A DNA stretch of 64,000 bases from Gemmatimonadales bacterium (lineage in GTDB: Bacteria; Gemmatimonadota; Gemmatimonadetes; Gemmatimonadales; Gemmatimonadaceae), in assembly GCA_038208605.1 (NCBI GenBank), contig JBBQYO010000001.1:1408-65407 (forward strand), given 5' to 3'. The position numbers and the translations under genes are program-made. Shown one piece after another: positions 57,273 to 64,000 of the stretch. Every line of letters begins with the position of its first letter. Within the stretch, counting starts at the first letter, position 1. A model generated the notes under the pieces. That model searched no databases, had not been told where the DNA came from, and saw nothing but the letters and a program-made list of their open reading frames with translations.

Positions 57273-58301
57273 ATGGACCAGAACGATAACCGCTGGAGAA
57301 AGGTGCTGGTGTCGGGCGGGGCTCTCATCGGCGCCGCTGCCGCTTATAACGCATTCGCCAGAAAGGGCGTCGACCAGCTCGCTAACCTCATCGGCGGAGA
57401 AGATGGCGGGTTCGACTGGAGAGGCCGCCGTATCGCGTTCACGAAGCGCGGCAGCGGGCCGCCGCTACTGCTCATTCACGGCATTCATGCGGCAGCATGG
57501 TCGTACGAATGGCACGACAACGTGGACTACCTCTCACGGGGCAACACCGTTTACACGATCGACCTGCTCGGCTTCGGCAGATCCGACCGGCCGGCAGTTC
57601 GCTATTCCGCGCGTCTCTACATCTCGCTGATCTCGGACTTCGTGCACCAGGTGATTGGAGAGCCGTGTGTCCTCGTAGCGAGCTCACTGTCTGCTGCATA
57701 CGCAATCGTGCTCGGCGCTCGCGATCCGGAGAGATTTCCTGCGATTGCGCTGATCGCGCCGACAGGTCTCACCCGGCTGAACAAACCTGCCGGTGTCGGT
57801 GGTGAAGCAGAAAGACTCGCTGTCGAAGCGCCGATCGTTGGAACCGCGATGTTCAATGCGCTCGTGTCGCGCAGAAGTCTTCGCTATTACCTCGAAAAGA
57901 TTTACGCTGATGACACAATCGTCACCGACGAGCTCGTCGACATCTACTATTGGACATCGCACCAGCGTGGAGCTCGCCACGCTCCAGCAGCATTCATTTC
58001 GGGCAGTCTCAACGTCGACGTGCGCACTGCCCTTCGCCGCCTTAGCCAGCCGGCACTCCTTATCTGGGGAGAGGAAGGCTCAGCTGCCCCGATCGAAGAG
58101 TTTCGCGGATTCACAGCGATCAAGCCTGACTTCGAGCTTTCGGTGCTCACGCCTGCGGGCGATCTCCCGCACGACGAGCGCCCCCAGGACTTTAATGTTA
58201 TCCTATCAACATGGCTGACTCGCCTGTCTCTCTCCTCCGCGCCCACTCTCGCCATGCTCCCTGGAACGCAAGAGGTCTCGCAGCCCACGTCACAGCTTTA
58301 G
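57273..58301 (+). CDS. alpha/beta fold hydrolase
   Basis: LLLIHGI, DLLGFGRSDRP, ASSLS elbow variant, LLIWGE, PHDE. Confidence 0.88.
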   Translation: MDQNDNRWRKVLVSGGALIGAAAAYNAFARKGVDQLANLIGGEDGGFDWRGRRIAFTKRGSGPPLLLIHGIHAAAWSYEWHDNVDYLSRGNTVYTIDLLGFGRSDRPAVRYSARLYISLISDFVHQVIGEPCVLVASSLSAAYAIVLGARDPERFPAIALIAPTGLTRLNKPAGVGGEAERLAVEAPIVGTAMFNALVSRRSLRYYLEKIYADDTIVTDELVDIYYWTSHQRGARHAPAAFISGSLNVDVRTALRRLSQPALLIWGEEGSAAPIEEFRGFTAIKPDFELSVLTPAGDLPHDERPQDFNVILSTWLTRLSLSSAPTLAMLPGTQEVSQPTSQL

Positions 58302-58756
58302 TTGACGCCGCCGGCATGCGTCCGACCAATGCGTCGGCGCGTGCGGCACCGACTGCGCGGTCGGTGAGATTCTATGTTGCCAACGGTCTGCTCGACCGGC
58401 CCGAAGGAACGGGCACTGCAGCGACATACAACTATCGCCATCTGCTTCAGCTTCTTGCGATCAAGGTTCGACAGCGCGAAGGGCAGAGTCTCGAAAAAAT
58501 CAAGGTCGAGATGAAGGACGTCACGGGCGACGCACTCGAGCGGCGCATTGCGACATCGCTTGCCCCTGCGCTCACCTCAGGGGCGGACACGACGGCAGAA
58601 CGAGAGGACGGAAACACGCATTCATGGCGTCGTGCTCCCGTTGCGGATGGCATCGAGCTTCACATTCGCGAGGACAGCCCCGCTGCCCGCGAAGAAGCGG
58701 TTATCGCGATGCGCGAGGCGGTGCGCGCGGCCCTCGGCCGCGCTGACATCCGTTAG
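58211..58756 (+). CDS. MerR-like HTH protein with a C-terminal W-x-R beta domain
   Basis: RSVRFYVANGLLDRPEG.G..A.Y.YRHLLQLLAIK..Q..G.SL..I; SWRRAPVADGIELHIR. Confidence 0.82.
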   Translation: MADSPVSLLRAHSRHAPWNARGLAAHVTALVDAAGMRPTNASARAAPTARSVRFYVANGLLDRPEGTGTAATYNYRHLLQLLAIKVRQREGQSLEKIKVEMKDVTGDALERRIATSLAPALTSGADTTAEREDGNTHSWRRAPVADGIELHIREDSPAAREEAVIAMREAVRAALGRADIR

Positions 58757-58757
58757 G

Positions 58758-59960
58758 TCAGATGTAACTCAGCCATCTGTCGGTGCGCCTCGCTTTCACG
58801 TTCGCGAACCAGCGGCACGGCAGGTACATGATCAACACAACCGTTGCCCACGCCAGATAAACGCCTGGCAGAGTTGTTCCGTACCAGGCCGGAAACGACG
58901 ATACGTCGAGGCTGAGGAAGCTCGCATCGGCGCCCTGCCAGAGCGCGAAGATCGCTGCCAGCGTGTGTATCACGTACAGGTGCAGGAGATAATAGAACAT
59001 CGGCACCCTTCCATATACGCTGAACGCCCGCGCGATCGGCCCGCGAACATTCTCCAGTAACGCGAGCGCGACGAAAGTCGGGCCGAGCGTCATCAATAGA
59101 TAGTCGAGCGAAGGCGGATACTTCACTGCATTGAGAAAAGACGCGACCGTCAGCGCACCCGTTCGCTGTAGCTCCCACGGAGCCGGATTGCCGTAGTGAT
59201 TCAGAAATCGAATCGCAATGAATGCTGCAATTGAGACGGCTCCGGCACGAAGCAGAAAACTCCGTCGTCGTTCCGGTTCCCAGCGAAACACATCTCCAAA
59301 TGCGTAGCCGAGCGCCATCACGGCGAACCATGGAATCAGTGGATAGCCGACGATGATGAGCGGTTTGCTGGTTACCAATCCCGGCTGATGAAGCAGATGC
59401 CAGACAGGACCGCCTCCGGCCATCGATCCCGCGCCAATGCTATCGAGAAGATTGTGGCCTGCGATCGTAATGAGCGCGATTGCAGCGACCACTTTCTGCG
59501 GAAGAAATACGAGGCCGGACAATACCACCATCGACCAGCCAAGGGCCCAGATCACCAGCAGGATGAGGGGAAATCCGAGCTTGAAGTTCCACCCGAATGC
59601 GGAAACCGTCAGCTCGAGTACGACGAGCCAGAGTCCGCGTGTGAGAAGAAACCGGCTTACCTCATTTTTTGGTTTTCCTCCGGACACAGCCAGTGCAGCG
59701 CCAACTCCCGCGAGCAGAAAGAAAGTCGGTGCGCAGAAGTGCGTCACCCATCTCGTTGCGAAGAGGAACGGTGTGGCTTTCGACAGATCTTCGGGCTGAA
59801 AGCGAAGCTTGCTGAAATAATCACGGGTGTGATCCAGTGCCATGAGAATCATGACGATTCCGCGGACAAGGTCGACGGATGTGACACGCTCTCTGATTCC
59901 CGCTTTGGTCCTGGATGTCGGTGCCGATTCCTGCAGACTGCCCGCAATTGAAACGCTCAA
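58758..59960 (-). CDS. DUF1624/HGSNAT-like acyltransferase membrane protein
   Basis: SVDLVRGIVMILMALDHTRD, RWVTHFCAPTF, YPLIPW, KYPPSL. Confidence 0.9.
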   Translation of the reverse strand: MSVSIAGSLQESAPTSRTKAGIRERVTSVDLVRGIVMILMALDHTRDYFSKLRFQPEDLSKATPFLFATRWVTHFCAPTFFLLAGVGAALAVSGGKPKNEVSRFLLTRGLWLVVLELTVSAFGWNFKLGFPLILLVIWALGWSMVVLSGLVFLPQKVVAAIALITIAGHNLLDSIGAGSMAGGGPVWHLLHQPGLVTSKPLIIVGYPLIPWFAVMALGYAFGDVFRWEPERRRSFLLRAGAVSIAAFIAIRFLNHYGNPAPWELQRTGALTVASFLNAVKYPPSLDYLLMTLGPTFVALALLENVRGPIARAFSVYGRVPMFYYLLHLYVIHTLAAIFALWQGADASFLSLDVSSFPAWYGTTLPGVYLAWATVVLIMYLPCRWFANVKARRTDRWLSYI

Positions 59961-62900
59961 GCTTCTCCTCCAATGTCTGGGAGCATGAGATAACGCGCAT
60001 TTTTCTCCCCGCGTAAATGCAGGGCGAGCACTTCTTTCGCTTCTCTGACATTCTCTTTCGTCATCCAGTCGGCCGTGACAACTCGTTTTCCTCTGCCTTC
60101 GACCGCCAGTCCGACCCTCCCCCCGCGCGTCACGATCAATGCACCGGAGCCACGTGGTCGCGATAGAGGATCGCGATCAGGGAGATCGAGCTGAAGGTTA
60201 TAGACGTTGGCAGGATCGCTCGCCGCCAATGCCACAAACGGCTTAGCGGCGTCGTCTTCGCCGGCGATAGCTCGCAGCTGCTCAATTGCGCCGCTTGACG
60301 CGAATTGCGCTCCGGCGAGGCCTTTTACGAAGTAGCCGCGACGGACCTCTCCCCTGAACTCCATCCTCTTGAGCTCGTGATAGATACTTCTCCACCCCAT
60401 GGTGGGTCTCTCCCGCCTCCATATTTCTCGCGACACTATTGCGTATCTATCAAGCCAGTATCGCGCGATTTCTGCCGACTTCTCCTCAATCGAGCCCGAT
60501 CTCCCCAAAGTGCCCACGCGGTGGACCAGAGACCAGCGGCCACCCCAGTTGGAAGGGATCGCGCCCGGGTGATCGGGCCTTCGCCACTTGGGGATACGCC
60601 GCAGATTCGGACGCCGTTGCACTACATGACGGTTCGAGGATGGGCGATAGTCTGCCGGCAGCCATCGTGTAGGATCGGGTCCCGAGGTTGGCGCGCCGAG
60701 GGGACGCCAACGAATGATTTCGCGCATGGCTTCGACCGTGTCGTTTGTTACCAGCCCTGCAGCCGCCAGCTCCCGCAGAGCTTCTTTCACGGAGAGCGGG
60801 GTGAGACCAGTCACCGCTTCGAGGTCGAGCGTGAACGATGCGCCTTCTTCGGCAATCACTCCCCTGACCGCCCGCGCCTGCTCGCTCAACCTTTCTTCGA
60901 TGTCGCCCCTCTGTTCTTCGCCGATCCACAGTGATCCCGTACCGCGCCGAAAGAACCGCATTCGAGTCAGCATCATCGTCTCGGCGCTCGAGTCGGCGTT
61001 TGCTTCGCCAACCCACACCGTCTCGCCGCTCGAAAAGAACTGGGAAAGCCACGCGGGGTCGTAGCCGGGTACGCGAGCCCGCAGATAGTCGCGCTCCCAG
61101 GATTTGGCCGGGCGGACAAGACCGTACAATTGCCTCATTACGGTCGACACGCCGTCAGCGCCCTGAACAGCATCTCGAGGATCGAGATGCTGCCACCTCT
61201 GTACGAGCTCCGCGTAAACCGGCAGGTCGACTGCCTGTATCTGTTTGCGAAGTGCGGCAAGCGCCCGTCGCCTGCCGACTTCGGCAATACGCCGCGATAC
61301 CCATTCAGGCTCCGACACATTTGCACGGAACCTGCCCCGCACAAGCTTTCCCGTTCGCTGCCATTCGCTAAGGCGCGATTCCACCCAGCGTTCTTCCCAA
61401 CCGTACCGCTCGCGTATCTCGCCGATCGTCACCGGTCCTGACAGCGCGAGAAACCGAGCGAGGATTTCACGCCTTGCTGCTCCCGCTGTCATCGCGCCGG
61501 TGAGAAGTGCAGACGGGATTCCCTCACTCGCCGGAACTTCCGCCTGGTTTCCGGCGAAACCCGCCCCGCTTCCACCCGACGTCGATACGCGTACGGCACG
61601 CATCGCATCCGGACCGAACGCCGACACGTACCGCGGATATGATTCGGTCAGGATGTAGCGCCATTCCGGCTCGCTGCCGAACGGAACGAGTATCGCGCGG
61701 CGAGTCGATACGATCTCGTTAAACGGATCCCCTCGAAGACCTTCATCCGCCGTCGCGATGCGCGCACCCAGCTCGGCCTCGCTCAAGTCGCCAGCGCGAT
61801 CCAGGATGTGTGCGAGCTCATCGACACTTCTTGCGCGCCTTCGCGGAGCGTAACCGCTGCGTTCCGCGACAATCTGGCGAATTGCATCGAGTGTCAGATC
61901 GTCGCCCGCTTCCTCGCCCATCACTTCGCCAAGCAGAGACCGGTCGATTGACAACAGGGCGGCTGACTGCTCGGCGCGTGGTGTATCGTCGCCATAGAGC
62001 CAATCCATCACGAACCCGAATTGCAGACTCGCCGCAAAAGGCGATGGCACTTCGGTCTGTACTACCTGAATGGCAATCGCCCCGCTCTCGATGTCGTTCA
62101 ACACGCTCTTCAGTCCGTTCATGTCGAACGCATCCTGAAGCACGTCGCGATAGGTCTCGACAAGTATTGGAAAGCTCGGAAATTCCTTGACTGTTTGAAG
62201 GAGATCGAGCGCTTTCAAACGCTGCAGCCACAGCGGCATCCTGCGACGCGGATTCCCCCTCGGAAGAAGCAGCGATCGGGCTGCGTTCATGCGAAACCGT
62301 GCGCCGAACAGCGATGTGGACCCGACTTCTTCCATGACCAGCTGTTCCGCCTCGAGCGCGGACAGACCAAGCAGATTCGCGACGGGTACCGGCCGGCCCA
62401 TGTCAGGCATTCGGAGCATCACGCCATCGTCGGTCGTCTGCACCTGCACTTCAACACCTTGCAATGCTTCTCTCGCTCGCTGAGCGAGAGCCATCCCCCA
62501 CGGCGCGTTTACTCTGCCGCCAAACGCAGCATGAATCACGATTCGCACAGATCCCGTCTCGTCTCTGAAGTGCTCGATGACAATCGTCTTGTCATCCGGG
62601 ACCACGCCGGTCGCGGCTCGTTGTGCACCGATGTACTGAATCAGTGAGTTCGCCGTCGCCGCATCACAACCGTATTTAGCCTCCAGCACTTCAGCCGACG
62701 TTCCCTCGGCAAGCTCGCGCCGCAGCGCGCCAACGCGATGACTCAACTCGAGCGATCGCGCTCCGTACTCCCCGTGCCAAAACGGCATTCGTGCAGCCAT
62801 CCCGGGGGCCGGATTGACGATCACTCTGTCATGCTCGATCGCCGCTATACGCCACGTTGTAGATCCAAGCTGGAAAACATCTCCGACTCGGGACTCGTGC

Positions 62901-64000
62901 ACGAACTCTTCGTCGAGCTCACCCAGCCGCGTGCGGTCTGGAAGGTTGACCGAATACAGACCGCGGTCGGGGATCGTTCCGCCGGATATCACCGCGGTCA
63001 TGCGCGCTGCGCGATCACCCGTCACGCGGTCCGTGACTCTGTCCCATGTCACTCGCGCTTCGAGCTCGCTCGCGATGTCGGAAGGATATTTCCCCGAAAG
63101 CATCGACAGCACTTCGTCGAATGCGCTGCGGGTCAGTCGATGGTACGGATATGCTCTTCGCGCGAGTCGGAACAAGTCATTCGCGCTCCAGTCGTCAATC
63201 GAAGCAGCCGCGACAATTACCTGCGCGAGGACGTCGAGAGAATTCTGAACGACTCGCGTCGGCTCTACTTCTCCCGCTCGCATCGCTGCGACGATCGCGG
63301 CGATCTCGACTGCATCATCGCGAAACGTCGGCACGAGAATGCCCTTGCTCGCGACTCCAAGAGTGTGGCCGGCGCGGCCAATCCGTTGCAGCGCAGCAGA
63401 CACTCGCTTGGGCGACTGCAGCTGAATCACGAGATCGACTGAGCCGATGTCGATTCCAAGCTCGAGTGAGCTCGTCGTCACGAGCGCGCGAAGCTCGCCG
63501 GCCTTCAATCTTTCCTCGAGCATGTGTCTTCGCTCGCGCGACAACGAACCGTGATACGGCTGCGCGATTTCCTCCTCGGCCAATGCGTTCACTTTCCCGG
63601 CGATCTTCTCAGCCTGCGCGCGGTTGTTCACGAATACGAGTGTCGTCTTTGAAGCACGCACGTGGTTCAGAACGAGAGGAACAACCGACGGCCACACGCT
63701 GCCGCCGACATTGCCCAGATCGGGAACCGGGGACTCGACGGAGATCTCCATTTTCTTTACAAGGCCGCAGTCGACGACGGTGACCTGACGGTATACAGGC
63801 TCACCGTCGGTCGCCGCTTCACATCCTCCCAGGTAGCGTGCTACTTCATCGAGCGGGCGCTGGGTTGCCGACAGGCCGATCCTCTGCGGCGGACGCGACG
63901 TCAGCGCCTCGAGTCTTTCGAGCGTTAACGCCAAATGCGCTCCGCGCTTGCTTCCCGCGATCGCATGAATCTCATCGACGATAACCGCGCGAGTTGAGCT
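59957..64000 (-). CDS. lhr: Lhr family ATP-dependent helicase (5' end outside the window)
   Basis: IVDEIHAI, GLSATQRP, FVNNR, HGSLS, TSSLELGIDIG, QRIGRAGH, GELDEEF, RRGYFV. Confidence 0.95.
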   Translation of the reverse strand, partial: SSTRAVIVDEIHAIAGSKRGAHLALTLERLEALTSRPPQRIGLSATQRPLDEVARYLGGCEAATDGEPVYRQVTVVDCGLVKKMEISVESPVPDLGNVGGSVWPSVVPLVLNHVRASKTTLVFVNNRAQAEKIAGKVNALAEEEIAQPYHGSLSRERRHMLEERLKAGELRALVTTSSLELGIDIGSVDLVIQLQSPKRVSAALQRIGRAGHTLGVASKGILVPTFRDDAVEIAAIVAAMRAGEVEPTRVVQNSLDVLAQVIVAAASIDDWSANDLFRLARRAYPYHRLTRSAFDEVLSMLSGKYPSDIASELEARVTWDRVTDRVTGDRAARMTAVISGGTIPDRGLYSVNLPDRTRLGELDEEFVHESRVGDVFQLGSTTWRIAAIEHDRVIVNPAPGMAARMPFWHGEYGARSLELSHRVGALRRELAEGTSAEVLEAKYGCDAATANSLIQYIGAQRAATGVVPDDKTIVIEHFRDETGSVRIVIHAAFGGRVNAPWGMALAQRAREALQGVEVQVQTTDDGVMLRMPDMGRPVPVANLLGLSALEAEQLVMEEVGSTSLFGARFRMNAARSLLLPRGNPRRRMPLWLQRLKALDLLQTVKEFPSFPILVETYRDVLQDAFDMNGLKSVLNDIESGAIAIQVVQTEVPSPFAASLQFGFVMDWLYGDDTPRAEQSAALLSIDRSLLGEVMGEEAGDDLTLDAIRQIVAERSGYAPRRRARSVDELAHILDRAGDLSEAELGARIATADEGLRGDPFNEIVSTRRAILVPFGSEPEWRYILTESYPRYVSAFGPDAMRAVRVSTSGGSGAGFAGNQAEVPASEGIPSALLTGAMTAGAARREILARFLALSGPVTIGEIRERYGWEERWVESRLSEWQRTGKLVRGRFRANVSEPEWVSRRIAEVGRRRALAALRKQIQAVDLPVYAELVQRWQHLDPRDAVQGADGVSTVMRQLYGLVRPAKSWERDYLRARVPGYDPAWLSQFFSSGETVWVGEANADSSAETMMLTRMRFFRRGTGSLWIGEEQRGDIEERLSEQARAVRGVIAEEGASFTLDLEAVTGLTPLSVKEALRELAAAGLVTNDTVEAMREIIRWRPLGAPTSGPDPTRWLPADYRPSSNRHVVQRRPNLRRIPKWRRPDHPGAIPSNWGGRWSLVHRVGTLGRSGSIEEKSAEIARYWLDRYAIVSREIWRRERPTMGWRSIYHELKRMEFRGEVRRGYFVKGLAGAQFASSGAIEQLRAIAGEDDAAKPFVALAASDPANVYNLQLDLPDRDPLSRPRGSGALIVTRGGRVGLAVEGRGKRVVTADWMTKENVREAKEVLALHLRGEKNARYLMLPDIGGEA

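Overview
GC-rich (roughly 60% by eye) bacterial chromosomal window. The gene content (Hanks kinase with TolB-like/TPR regions, PD40 propeller, paired GHL10 hydrolases, short MerR-like proteins) suggests Gemmatimonadota, which is an inference. The first ~5.4 kb looks like an accessory or defence-like island. It holds a RelBE-type TA pair, a MerR-HTH/vWA/HDAC-fold operon under a perfect-consensus leaderless promoter, an AbrB/Doc TA pair with a degenerate Fic motif, and gene remnants. The rest is mostly metabolic and envelope genes (gdhA, cax, msrB, glnA, lhr, tRNA-Cys). There is also a 3x ~77-bp REP-like array at 10.6-10.9 kb, a frameshifted junction at 15.3-16.1 kb, and a phosphoesterase interrupted by an in-frame TAG. 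The two best candidates for undescribed systems are (1) a compact putative biosynthetic cluster at 44.3-50.1 kb (heme-oxygenase-like diiron oxidase, NPPY methyltransferase, PurD-like ATP-grasp ligase, second methyltransferase, APC permease) and (2) the MerR-vWA-HDAC operon. All calls rest on motifs read by eye; no database searches were run.
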